Part shown: one piece after another, positions 37,601 through 49,038 of the stretch
Layout: every line of letters starts with the position of its first letter
Position numbering within the stretch: the first letter of the stretch is position 1
Assembly (NCBI GenBank): GCA_965198225.1
Contig: CBDAOY010000005.1
Span: forward strand, 768,001 to 832,000
DNA from: Terriglobia bacterium
GTDB lineage: Bacteria; Acidobacteriota; Terriglobia; 20CM-2-55-15
Direction: 5' to 3'
DNA length: 64,000 nucleotides
Position numbers and translations under genes: made by a program
Notes under the pieces: generated by a model
The model's database searches: none
Told to the model about the DNA's origin: nothing
The model's input: the letters and a program-made list of their open reading frames with translations, nothing else

Positions 37601-39891
37601 GGCCGGCGATCGAGAATCCCGGCAACGAGCCGGCCTGTGTCCGGACCGGCTTGTTGTGCCCAACCGATTAACCGCGACGGGGTCCACTCGGCATGGGCCC
37701 GGTGCGCGCTGGGCATGTGCTCGGGAAGGGTCGAGGGCTGGCGGTCATAGCGGCGGCGATGGGACGCTACCCGCCGGTTCTTGAAGTAAATCTCGACAAT
37801 ATTGGCCGTATAGCGGGCTTCCAGCCCCTCCCCGCGCAACTGGTACGGGACGCTGTAGAGGTGGCTGTCCACGTCCACGTGGTAGTCGATGTTGGCGCGG
37901 CAGATCTTCCACTCGGCGGCTTCATACCGGCCCGCCGGCAACGGCTGTAAGGCCGGCCGGTCCAGCCGTTCGAACAGCTCCCGGCGGGATGCGCCGAGTT
38001 GTTGCATCGGCCGCCGGTTCAGTTCCACCAGCAGTTCGCCGATGGCGGTGTTGAGCGCCCCCAGACTGAAGAAGGTGCGATTGCGCAGCCGCGCCAGGAT
38101 CCAGCGCTGGGCGACCAAGACCCCAACTTCGACTTTCGCCTTGTCCCGGGCCTTGCGGGGCCGGGCGGGAATGACCACGGCGCCGTAGTGTTGGGCGGCT
38201 TCTTGATACGTGCGGTGGATACCCGGTTCGTACCGGCATGGAACCGTCACGCCGCTCTTGAGCTGGTCGGGGACCCAGATCCGGCCGGATCCACCAAAGC
38301 ACTCCACCATCCGGTTGTGCGCGCCGATCCAATCGTGGAGTTGTTGGCTCGGCAAGGCTTCGGCGTAAGTGTAGTTGCTGGCGCCCAGCACGGCCACGAA
38401 CAGCTCGGCGGCAACGGTGTCGCCGGTCCGGGGGTTCACCCAGTGCGGTCGCTTGCCCGAGAAGTCGATAAAGACCTTCTCCCCGGCGCGATGCACCTGC
38501 CGCATTGAGGGCCTCAGCTTCTTGGCCCAACGCCGGCAGATCTCACAGAACCGGCTGTACCCGTATCCGTCTGGATGCGTTTCCCGATACTCTTCCCAGA
38601 GCAGATGCAGGGTGACGCCGACCCGCTTCAGCTCCTGGTGGATGTGCTCCAGATCCGGAGGCACACGCTCTCGAGAAGTCGATCCTGAGGGCGGGAACAG
38701 CCGCGCTTCCAGCGCCGTATCGTCCAGCTCCACCGGTAGTGGCCAGGCCAGACCCGCCCGCCTGCTCCGTCCCAGGTACTCCGACACCGTTCCCAGGCTC
38801 ACCTGGCACGCACCTGCGATCGCCCGATGGCTGAACTGCTGCTCGTACTTGAGTCGTAGAATCTCGCGTATCTGTCTCATCAGTAGTCGTTTCGTTGCCA
38901 TCACAGCCTCCTGTGCTGCAGGAGAACCTGACGGCTCCAAACTTCGCTACCAACGAGTGTTCACGATCCCCGGAATCCGCGTTCAGGATGCCCGGAATCG
39001 ATGTTCACGATGGATTGGAATCAGTGTTCAGGATGGGCCGGAATACGCAACCGACAAGGGGAAGCTGCGGTCCGCCGCATCCTGGGTGTGCTCTCCCTGG
39101 CCAAGAAGTACGGTGTCTCCGCCGTGGAGGATGCTTCGGCTGCGGCACTGGAACTCCACGTCTACGAGTATCGTTTCGTCCGCCGCTATCTGGAGCTGGT
39201 CTCTCGTCTGGTCTCGGATGAACTGGACCGTCGCAGCATCCGGTTGTTGGAACGGCGTCGGAAACAGGCCCGGTTCCGCGATCCCCAGAAGACGCTCGAC
39301 TCCTTCGACTTTACTTTCAACAAGAAGATGAATCGTAGTCTGGTCTTCGACCTGGCGACGGGCGCCTTCATCTCCAGGCACGACGATGCCTTGTTTCTCG
39401 GTCCTCCTGGCACCGGCAAGAGTCATCTGGCTCAGGCCATCGGCTTGGCTGCGATTGAGCAGGGCTATCGGGTCGTCTACCGTGAAACTCATGCGCTTCT
39501 CGACGACATCGCCGAAGCCACCATTGACGGTACCCGAAAGGAGTGCATGGAAGCTTTGGCGACGGTCCCGCTGCTGATCATCGACGATCTGGGGATGCGG
39601 AAGCTTCCTCCCACTGCAGCAGAGGAACTCCTCGAGATCGTGATGCGACGCTATGAACGGACCAGTACGTTACTGACATCGAATCGACCCGTCCAAGACT
39701 GGGGAAAACTACTGGGTGATAGCGCCGCCGTCACAGCCATGCTGGACCGGCTGCTCCATCACGGCCACATCCTCAAATGCGGCCCTCGGAGTTGGAGGAC
39801 TAAAACGGGCTTGCCGAGTCCAGTCCCAAAGAGGTAGAACAACACCGTCCCGGGCCATCCCCGTTGGCCGGTTTTGAAGTGACCACTGAGG
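34637..39891 (+). mobile_element. IS21-family element 1 (istA from 34749; istA tail fused by deletion to istB ending 39837)
   Basis: IRs CCTCGGCGGTCACCCAAAACCGGCCAA / TTGGCCGGTTTTGAAGTGACCACTGAGG; AQVDYG, DNLREGV, KGKVE; GPPGTGKSH. Confidence 0.9.
36145..39049 (-). mobile_element. IS21-family element 2, apparently intact (istA 37339-38901, istB 36594-37349), inside istA of element 1
   Basis: Ends TGCGTATTCCG / CGGAATACGCA, CCGAC duplicated at the flanks, sub-terminal GTTCA repeats. Confidence 0.92.
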
Positions 39892-40750
39892 CACCGTCTG
39901 CCCACAGATACACCACTTCCAGATCGTCCAGCCGACGGCTTTGCCAGGCCTCCATTTCTCCCTGCCACTTCTCCTTCAACCGGGCTACGGTGCTGGGGGA
40001 CAGCGGCGCTTCTTCCCCTAAAAGCCCTCTTAAGGCCAGATCGAAATCCCCCTCGGCCAGACCATGCAAATAGAGTTCTGGAATCAAGTCTCGTACCTCT
40101 TGCGTCCGCTTGGCAAACAGCGGCAAGACCCGGCTCTCAAAACGCTCTTCCAGATCCCGCACTCGGGGACGCCGCAGCTTGATCGTTCCGCAACTCAGCG
40201 TCAGTCGCCGCTCCTTACCGTAGCCGTTGCGATAGCCCCCGGGTGCGTCCACTTCTCGGCGACGCTCATTCTTTCTTCGTCCCAGCAGCTGTGTCACTTC
40301 ATCCTCCAACAGTTCCTGTACGTAAAACTGGATCTGCTCTCGCACCCACTCTTCCAGCTGTTCAAAGCAGACTCTTGACTCCACACTTCGATCAATGTTC
40401 TTCTTGCTCATGGCGGTGTGACTCCTTCCTTTCGGGCTCTTCCGCCCGGGTTTTTATTTCACCCGGAAGGATAATCACCGCCTATGCTATTTACACACCT
40501 TTTGAGGGTAGCTCCTGGACAGGAGCGAAGCTTGACAGCTCGGACTGTTGTGTGTGAGCTGTGGCGCGGATGGCGAGAACCCCCACGATCGTCGTGCAGA
40601 CTGCAACGACTGGCAGCCCACGATACTTGCTTCGTAACATTGACGACCTCCTACCGCTTAGTCTGCGCCTGGCGTGCTGATCCGTCTAAGACTTTGTTTC
40701 TATCTTCCGAATAGGCATTTCTATCAGCATGAAGACCTACGATTTCACTC

Positions 40751-41133
40751 TCAGACGCCAGCCCGCATCAGCGGAAACACGACGTGTGGAACTGGCTGAT
40801 CTAGAGTGACGTCGATAGTCGCGGTTGGCCGATCCGGTGTCGTTTGTCCGTATTGTTGTGGCACGTAGGCCGCGTGTTGAGCCTGAAGTCGGTAGCGCCC
40901 GGGCTCGAGTTCCTCAATCCGAAAACGCCCCCCGCCCCGCTTCTTGTGTCCCACTCGGCCCGACTTTCTAGTCGGGTGAGAACTAGTCTCGCACCCCGGA
41001 CAGGCTGACCCCCGGAGTCCAGGGTCACGCCTGAAATTGATCCTACCTGCGGTTCCGCCAAAGGTTGCTGTGCCATCCCCGCAGGGGTAACTACCAGCAG
41101 ACAAAGGAGGGTGGCCAGAATCGATCGGATCAT
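40751..41133 (-). pseudogene. Carboxypeptidase-regulatory-like domain protein fragment, frameshifted
   Basis: Signal peptide + GSISGVTLDSGGQPVRGA; second frame GRFRIEELEPGRYRLQA. Confidence 0.6.
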
Positions 41134-41747
41134 AGTGCCCTCATTTGTCGGTTACCAACCTCATTCCTTCTCTCCGGTCCGCGCGAAACCTTATTCGGTA
41201 AGACTTCCCTCTTTGTCCCAGCCGGAGCGCGAAGGCATTTGGGGTCGCCCCGGCCGTGCCGATCCATAGGTGGGACCGTACAGGACCGGGAAACAATGGT
41301 CGGCGCGCAGCGGGAGGAAAGTACGTGACCCGGCCCGTGGGTATGACGCCATAAGCACTAGCGGGGAGAGCCGTGACTTCAGGGTGCAACGATCATGTAT
41401 CCAGGCGTCTCGCCCACGTTCTGAATCTCGTTGATTTTCTTGCCCGTCAATATATCGATGACGACAACGCTTCCAGCGTTCAAATTGGTCGCGTACAGGT
41501 ATTTCCCGGCAGGATCTATGGCGAGATTTCGGAACTTATCCGCAGTCCTGATCCGTGGCAGCCGCGCTAAATCGTCCCACATCACTCCTCCAATCACTGT
41601 AGTCGCTTTAAGCGCGCTTAGAAAGTGGCCAAAAGTGTGCCCCGCAATATCGTTGAAAGGATTTCGATTTGAGAGAAAATGGAAGGGGAACGGCCACGGC
41701 ACTCGTGTCCAGCAACCGGCGGAATCTTGGAGAAAGGAGCGCAAAAG

Positions 41748-41993
41748 ATGGTAGAGGAATATCGGCTGCATCTTCAGATCAGGCGAGTCGAAAATGGCCA
41801 GCACCTCGCTACCTCAGATGATCTTCCTGGTCTGGTCGCTCAAGGGAGAACCGTGGCTGAAGCGGCTGAAATTGCTAGAGATGTGGCAAGGAAACTCATC
41901 GAATCCTACCGGGAACATGGCGATCTTCTTCCGAAGGGGCTGCATGCCATGGATGCGGAGATCGTTGAGTTAGACGTTCCCGTAAGCGGCTGA
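41748..41993 (+). CDS. hicB: HicB-family antitoxin
   Basis: ATSDDLPGLVAQGRTVAEA; AAGGAG RBS. Confidence 0.85.
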   Translation: MVEEYRLHLQIRRVENGQHLATSDDLPGLVAQGRTVAEAAEIARDVARKLIESYREHGDLLPKGLHAMDAEIVELDVPVSG

Positions 41994-42217
41994 TGGGTCG
42001 GCTGGCAGGTTGTACTGGCCGCCAGGTGACCCGCAAATTGCGGCGGTTGGGGTTTGAGTTCGACCGGCAAGCACGAGGAAGTCACGAGATCTGGTGGAAT
42101 CCTACTACGCGCCGTCGAACCACTGTTCCCAATCACCCTGGAGATTTGCCGGAAGGAACGTTATCGGCGGTTCTGAAGCAAGCAGGTGTAACAACAGAAG
42201 AATTCCTTGAAGCATAG
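41993..42217 (+). CDS. hicA: HicA-family toxin
   Basis: LGFEFDRQARGSHEIW..TTVPNH..GTLSAVLKQAG. Confidence 0.9.
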   Translation: MGRLAGCTGRQVTRKLRRLGFEFDRQARGSHEIWWNPTTRRRTTVPNHPGDLPEGTLSAVLKQAGVTTEEFLEA

Positions 42218-42479
42218 GATTACCCAGGAGCTAGAAAACGATAGCTCTTCCTGCCGTGGATGGCATGGAGCACCTTCGGGGCGAGCGGGGGCCAGTTCCT
42301 CGACGGACCGGAAGTGCCGGATCCAGAGCAGTTGGACCTGAAGCGATCAGGCAGTGTCCGACTTGAAGGGTTCGTTGAAATAATTGGGCTATGTCGTGAT
42401 TCTTTGGGGTTTCTGTGAGCCCCAGAGTGCCCGATTTGATCGACCGATGAAATCGTACATAATGGTCGGGTGAACCTCC

Positions 42480-42697
42480 GGGCCATCGCCGTCTATCTCC
42501 GGGTATCCACGAGCCGCCAAAACCTCCGATTCTCAGGAGCCCGAACTCCAGACTTGGCTTCAGACCAACGCCGGCAGCGCTCTACGGCCACCTCAACCCC
42601 TACGGGAAGTACCCGCTTCGACTTGGACGAGGACCTCCACGGAGCCGCATTGAGACCGCTAAGGACACAAGGCGACGCCCCTTAGCGTTGGATTTTG
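42480..42697 (+). pseudogene. Collapsed Tn3 remnant: resolvase N-terminal fragment, TnpA C-terminus, inner 17 bp of the TIR
   Basis: AVYLRVST; HLNPYGKY/RFDL..LRPLR..P* with the stop inside CTTAGCG. Confidence 0.75.
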
Positions 42698-43188
42698 GTG
42701 CGCCGTGAAAGGCGCCATTCCCCAGCGGGTGCGAACCCCGCCCGGCAACTGTCGCTCCAGCCGGTAGCAGTCGGAGCGGACGATGGAGGTAACGACATCG
42801 GCTGAAGCACTCCGATGACAAAGGGCCGCCCTGGGCGGTTCAGCGACCACGCGGGCCGCAACGATGTGAACGCTGCGCAGGCCTCGTAACGAAGCGATGC
42901 GGAAGCCGATCCGCCCGGAATACGGGGAAGGCTGCCAGCGGTCGGGAAGCGAGCGACGCGAGCACCGACCGGTTCCGCCGGGGTAGTAGCGGCGGCACGT
43001 GTGGAAGGGGGGGATGGACGCAACACGGGAAGCCCTGCCGGTGGCGTGGCATGCGCCAACCGACAGCCCGCGAGGGTCAGGTTGGGCCGACAGGGTGGCG
43101 GAGAGGTCCGCAGTACCAGGGAAGCCGGGTAATGCCGGTGGAGGGAAGGGACCTCAGTTCGAGAGCAGCGCATGACGGAGGAAGGGAC

Positions 43189-44415
43189 ATGAGGACTGGC
43201 GAGAGCCTAACAGCCTCGGAGAGAGTTCAGCGACTCCAGACGGCGCTACATGCGAAAGCGAAGGAAGCTCTGGGCTTCCGGTTCTACTCTCTGAGCGACA
43301 AGGTGTGGCGCGACGACGTGCTCGCAGTCGCCTGGCAGGCCGTGCGCCGCAACGGCGGCGCGGCCGGGGTGGACGGCGAGACGGTCGGAGACATCGAGGC
43401 GCTTGGGGTAGACCGGTGGCTGGGAGCACTGGCGCGGGACCTGAAGGAAGGGACCTATCGGCCGCATGCGGTTCGGCAGGTTCTCATCCGAATGCCGAAG
43501 AAGCAACGAGGGAAGTTCCGGCCGTTGGGCATTCCGTGTCTCCGGGATCGGGTGGTGCAGACGGCGGCGATGCTGGTGTTATCGCCGATCTTCGAAGCCG
43601 ACCTGCAACCGGAGCAGTATGCGTACCGGCCGGGCCGAGACGCGCATGATCGCAGGACGGGCCACCGGCGATCTGGTGTTACGCGCGTGCCATCGGCTGC
43701 TGAGGACGGGCCACCGGGAGGTGGTGGACGCCGCCGCACGAACCGGGCGCGTCACGAGCGGAAGGGGACCCCGCAAGGGTCTCCGATCTCGCCGCTGTTC
43801 AGCAACATCTACATGCGGCGCTTCATTCTGGGCTGGAAGGTGCTGGGCTACGCCCGGCACTTCAAGGCGGAAATCGTCAACTACGCGGATGACTTCGCGG
43901 TTCTCTGTCGCGCGCCGGCAGCGGTAATGCTAGCGGCGGTCGAAGCCCTGATGAAACGTCTGAAGTTGGCGATGAACGTTGAGAAGACCCGCTGCTGCCG
44001 GGTGCCGGAGGAATCGATGACGTTCCTCGGCTACCGGATTGGTTGCAACTACCGGCCGGACACGGGTACCGCCTACATAGGCACACGTCCGAGCCGGGAA
44101 AGCGTCCAGAGCATCTGCCGTCGTGTGAGCGAGTTGACCACGCCGCGTCACGCGCTCCTGCCGCCGGAGGTCGTAGTGGGACGCCTCAACCGGTTGCTGA
44201 CCGGTTGGGCGAACTACTTCACCCTGGGACAGGTCAGCCCGGCCTACGAGGCGATTGACCGGCACGCAACTCGGCGGCTGCGCCAGTGGCTCTGCCGTAA
44301 GCACAAGGTGCGGACCGGGAAACACGTGCGCTTCCCGGTCGAGCGGCTCTGGTCCGATTACGGGCTCACGCATCTTGCGCCGCGTACGGCGAGCTTTCCG
44401 TGGGCGAAGGCATGA
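43189..44415 (+). pseudogene. Intron A reverse transcriptase/maturase, internally deleted
   Basis: RPLGIP, GTPQGSPISPL, YADD, GWANYF; the RT3-RT4 region is largely missing. Confidence 0.85.
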
Positions 44416-44867
44416 TCTCGTCCGAGAGCCGGATGCGGGAAATCTGCATGTCCGGTTCGATGAGCGTTGCGCCTTGCAAGCGCATGAGATCCAGTCGCCT
44501 GAGATGGCGGCCGTGGCAGAGCCTAGCCGGCAGCCACGTACCGAGTCTTGCGTGGTGGTCGGTGACGGACACTGCGAAGCGTAGACAGGGAGGGAGTAGG
44601 CCGGAACACCAGTGAACGGAAAGATAGCCCCGAAATCGAACGTGGTTGAAGTAGCCGACCCTGTCGCTCTAGGGGGAAGGCGGAATCGCAGGGCACGCAA
44701 TGGCAAGTGCCCTGGGGTGCTTCCGGGGTTCGTACCGCCGGCATGCAACCAAGGATTTCATGGGAACAAGGGAGATCCGTCAGGTTCAAGCGGAGCTTGT
44801 AGGGTTGGACAAGCCAACAACGCGAGGAAGACCCGAAGGCCTGTCGGAAGTCAGACTGGCTGATAGT

Positions 44868-46096
44868 GCGTGCCTGGCAGCACGCGTTTCCGGCGGGTTA
44901 AAGTCCCGCTCGGCCCGAGGCCACGGGTCGATATCCAACAAGTGGGGGTAATGCCTCACTGGCCGAAGTGTAGACAGGTAGTGCAGATGCCTAAACGGGC
45001 ACGAAGGCGAAAGCCGGATACGGCCAAGGCAAAGCTGGAGCCAGCTACGGAAACTTTGGAGGGCAGGGCGCCCACCGCGAGGTGGGGTCTGAAGGGCATG
45101 AGGAGAACCACCGGGTCGTAATCGACGGGAGCCATCCCGAGGATGAACCGGTCGGCCAAAGATGGGGAATGGTCGAGCCCGCACTATTGGGGCGAAGGCG
45201 CATTGGTTCCACCCCATCGCACCAAGGTGTGTGCGGGCGACACGGTGGAGAAGAGACGCGAGTGACCCAGGGAGGCCTGGTATCGTCCGAGCGGAAGGTA
45301 AGGTCGAGATGATGTGGCACCCGCAGACGAAAGGGCGGGCAACCGAGAAGACAAACATCGACCTAGAGCCCTGCGCGGTAGGTGCGGATATAAGCGAGAG
45401 CGAAATTCCGGCCGACGCGGTGTCAGGAATCGGATCGGGGAATAGTACTCAGGAACGAGACGGCAAACATAAGGTCTCGGATCGTTGCTTCGAGCAGCGG
45501 CGCTGGCGGGTCCAAAAGGCCCGTTGGAGGGGGAAGTCCCCGTACTCAGTCGTGAATGTGCGAGCGATGGGAAACGCGGAGATATCGTGAACTTGGATAG
45601 TTCCCTTAGCGAAAGACCCAAACGCGGTACGAACGAAGCCGCCACCTGCCGCCACACAGCGAATTCCGAACGAGGAGCAACTGAGGAAAGCGGCTTGCGG
45701 GAAAACCGCACGAGCCGTTTGATTGAGCGGACGGTGGAAGGGCCGATCGGCCCGACCACTTTCGACTCTACACTCAGGAACGAGACGGCAAACATAAGGT
45801 CTCGGATCGTTGCTTCGAGCAGCGGCGCTGGCGGGTCCAAAAGGCCCGTTGGAGGGGGAAGTCCCCGTACTCAGTCGTGAATGTGCGAGCGATGGGAAAC
45901 GCGGAGATATCGTGAACTTGGATAGTTCCCTTAGCGAAAGACCCAAACGCGGTACGAACGAAGCCGCCACCTGCCGCCACACAGCGAATTCCGAACGAGG
46001 AGCAACTGAGGAAAGCGGCTTGCGGGAAAACCGCACGAGCCGTTTGATTGAGCGGACGGTGGAAGGGCCGATCGGCCCGACCACTTTCGACTCTAC
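44868..46096 (+). ncRNA. ORF-less group II intron C (904 nt, 44868-45771) plus a tandem copy of its 3' 325 nt
   Basis: DV AAAGCGGCTTGCGGGAAAACCGCACGAGCCGTTT, end GACTCTAC, EBS1 ACTATT at 45183-45188; 45447-45771 equals 45772-46096. Confidence 0.85.
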
Positions 46097-46222
46097 ACTC
46101 CGAGGTCGGGAGAGCCGATCACATGGGGAAGCGGCCAGCAGAAGTGGACTCGTTCTTGGGAAACATGAGCTCCATGCAACGGGAGGATACGGTCCTCTAT
46201 GCAACGAGAGGAACAACCAGTC

Positions 46223-47545
46223 ATGGAAACGAAACTGGAACGAATAGCGGCGAAAGCTCGGAGTGAGCCAAAGCTCCGGTTCACGTCACTGGCGCATCAT
46301 GTCACCCGAGAGCGTGTGTGGAAGAACCTGTGTCAAGTGCCCCGCAACACGGCTCCCGGATGTGATGGTCAGAGGGTACCGGAGGCGAAGGAGGAATTCG
46401 GAGTCTGGGTGGAGCCAATGCTCCAGTCTGTTCACCAGAAGGGATATCGCGCTCCGCCGATTCGGCGGGTGTATATCCCCAAGCCCGGCAAGCAGGAGAA
46501 ACGTCCCCTGGGCGTGCCCTGTGTTCAAGATCGGGCCCTTCAGCGCAGCGTGGCCGAGGTATTGGTCGCCATCTACGAGCAGGACTTCTTGCCCTGTTCC
46601 TTTGGTGGCCGGCCTGGGCTGGGCGCCCACAATGCACTGGCAACCCTCCATGAGGTGATTTCCGGATGCAAGGTGAGTTGGGTGTTGGAGGCGGACTTGA
46701 AGAACTTTTTCGGGAGTTTAGACCATGGATGGCTACTCCGCTTTGTGGAGCATCGAGTCGGAGATCCGCGGATCATCAGTCTGATACGACGATGGTTAAA
46801 GGCGGGCGTTTTCGAAGACGGGGAATTGCATTCGAACGAAGAGGGAACCCCGCAAGGTGGGTCGATCAGCGTTCTGCTGAGCAATCTGTACCTGCATTAT
46901 GTGCTTGACCTGTGGTTTGACCGGATGGTCCGGCCACGCCTGAAGGGTGAAGCGTATCTGGTGCGGTACATCGACGACTTTGTCGTGTGTTTCCAATATC
47001 GGGACGATGCGCTTCGTTTCCAGAACGTTCTGCGCAAGCGACTGGGAAAGTTTGGACTGGTTCCGGAGCCGACCAAGACGAAGCTCGTCGAATTCGGCCG
47101 CTATGCCCAGCGCGATGTCGTCCGGCGCGGGAGAAAACGTCCAGAGACGATCTATTTTCTGGGCATGACCCTGTACTGTACGCGTAATCGCAAAGGCAAT
47201 TTTAGAGTGGGACTGCGAACAGAGAAGTCTCGACTTCGACGCAGTCTGGCTCATCTACGCGGCGTGATGAGGCGAATGCGTCACTTGCCGGTCCGGGAGC
47301 AAGTGCACAATCTGAACCGAGTCTTGCGCGGGCACTACGCCTACTATGGCATTGCCGGGAACCTCCGGGCTCTGCAGCACGTCGCTCGGGCCGTGGAACG
47401 TTACTGGCGCCAAATGCTCAGCAGTCGTAGTCGTGCAGGCTTCGTCCGGTGGGAAGTATTCAACCGGATTCAGCTGCACTTTCCGTTACAGCGTCCCAAG
47501 TTGGCTCTCCGCTATCGGGAGTTCCAGTCTCTCGCTGTGCTGTAA
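46223..47545 (+). CDS. ltrA: Intron B reverse transcriptase/maturase (no En domain)
   Basis: YIPKPG..RPLGVP, EADLKNFF, GTPQGG, RYIDDF, RGHYAYY. Confidence 0.93.
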   Translation: METKLERIAAKARSEPKLRFTSLAHHVTRERVWKNLCQVPRNTAPGCDGQRVPEAKEEFGVWVEPMLQSVHQKGYRAPPIRRVYIPKPGKQEKRPLGVPCVQDRALQRSVAEVLVAIYEQDFLPCSFGGRPGLGAHNALATLHEVISGCKVSWVLEADLKNFFGSLDHGWLLRFVEHRVGDPRIISLIRRWLKAGVFEDGELHSNEEGTPQGGSISVLLSNLYLHYVLDLWFDRMVRPRLKGEAYLVRYIDDFVVCFQYRDDALRFQNVLRKRLGKFGLVPEPTKTKLVEFGRYAQRDVVRRGRKRPETIYFLGMTLYCTRNRKGNFRVGLRTEKSRLRRSLAHLRGVMRRMRHLPVREQVHNLNRVLRGHYAYYGIAGNLRALQHVARAVERYWRQMLSSRSRAGFVRWEVFNRIQLHFPLQRPKLALRYREFQSLAVL

Positions 47546-47631
47546 ATCCAATTCTGAAGAGCGCAGTGCGGGAAATCCGCACGCTGCGTTCTGTGGGAGC
47601 CGGAGGCGGGCAACTGCCTCCGGCCACCCGG

Positions 47632-49038
47632 GCGGATTCGGGCGCCGATTTTGAGAAGCTTCAGACGGATGGTCCCGCACTGGGCATGGGCCATCGCGGT
47701 ATCTTTGAGCCCGAGGCGTCGCAGGGCATGCATGAGCATGTACGCAGCTGAGGAGAGATAGAGCCGGAGCTGATTGGCGCGCATGGTCGCCGCGCTGGTC
47801 CGGTCCGCAAATAGGTCCAACTGCTGTTCCTTGATACGGTTCTCCATGTCGCCCCGCGCGCAGTAGAAGTCCTCATACAAAGCGCGGGCTTGGAAGCGTT
47901 CCGGCGGCAGGGAGGTCACGATGAATCGGGGATTGGCGCCCTTGTCCAGGAACTCCGCCTTGCCGACGACGCGTCGCGCGCGGGTCCAGCTGTTTAGAGT
48001 CCGGTACTGGAAATCCTTAAACACCCGCGCCGGTTTCCCGGTGGCGTTAAACTCCGCTTCCGCCTGAACCATTTCTTCAGCGATTTCTTGCTTGAGACGA
48101 CTGTTCTTGGCCAACCCGATCACATAATCGACCGGATGGGATTCACACCAGGCGAGCAGTTCATCCCTGCAAAAGCCCGAGTCGGCCCGGATGATGATCG
48201 ATACTGTGGGCCACACCTGTCGGATCTGACCGACGATGCGCTCTAACTCATCCACCGCTCCGTCGGCCCCGTCAATGTTGGAACGCCGGAGCCGGGCGCA
48301 CAGCAGATGTTCTCCCGAGAAGATGTACAACGGCAGGTAGCAGTAGTTGCCGTAGTAGCCGTGAAAGAACCGTCCTTCCTGGTTGCCATGGATCGTATCG
48401 TCGGTGGCATCCAGGTCCAGAACGATCTCAGAGGGCTCCGATTCGTGGGCCGCGATAAACGCGTCGACCATCCACCGGTCGATCTTGTCGCCATCCATGG
48501 CGATCTTCTTGTACCGCTCCTGGCCATCGACCTGCTCTGCGGTCAGTTCCAACCGGTTCAGCGTGCACTTGCCTGCCAACGCCTTTCCCCGGTCTCCGGC
48601 CTGCCGCCGGTTTTTTCCCAGTGGATCGGCCTTCTCCACCGCCACGGCCAGCATCGGATCGGTCCGTAGCTGGTCGTGGTCGTTCAGGTCCTCATAGCCC
48701 AAGCACAGTCCATAAATCCGCTGGCCCAACAACTCCTTCACGCTGTGTTCGATCAACCTCGGGTCCCGGTGATCGGTAAAACACTGCTCCAGTCCGGCGA
48801 TCAAACCCGTCCGCTTCTCGACTTCCCTCAACAGCAGAACACCCGCGTCGGAGGTGATCTTTCCGCCGTCGAATCGCGCCTTCACTTTCCGTTGAAAAAG
48901 TCCGTGAAATTCGAACGTGGCTTGCTTACACTCTGTTCTCATAAGGGCCGTCTCCGTTTGGGTTTTTAAACGTTTCTCGTCAAACGCTTTATGCCAAACA
49001 GGGCGGCCTTTTCTGGTCCTATCCGTGAAATATAGGGG
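47632..49038 (-). mobile_element. IS1380-family element, 3'-truncated (transposase from 48942)
   Basis: FDGGKITSDAG, LDLDATDD, RADSGF, RGDMENRIKE; left end CCCCTATATTTCACGGAT. Confidence 0.9.

Larger units (their letters stand above)
34074..40514 (-). mobile_element. IS256-family element interrupted by IS21 and 3'-deleted (transposase 40411-39892 and 34636-34074)
   Basis: YRNGY, YLWADG|VYIK rejoins across the insertion, QRCWNH; left IR 40488-40514. Confidence 0.9.
44467..47631 (+). mobile_element. Group II intron B copy 1, carrying intron C in domain III
   Basis: 5' TTGCG; DV GAAGAGCGCAGTGCGGGAAATCCGCACGCTGCGTTC; short DVI ending CCACCCGG. Confidence 0.85.

Noticed and set aside
41379-41620. 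YVTN beta-propeller tail; also a secreted-protein fragment at 62350-62615
   Set aside because: Short fragments without reliable boundaries.
44866-44870. GTGCG at 44866 as the 5' end of intron C
   Set aside because: It would delete GT from the host's ATAGTAC and break the EBS1-IBS1 pairing; 44868 fits both.
44868-47545. Retron or other RT-ncRNA defence system
   Set aside because: The upstream structured RNA resolves into group II intron domains with clear splice boundaries.
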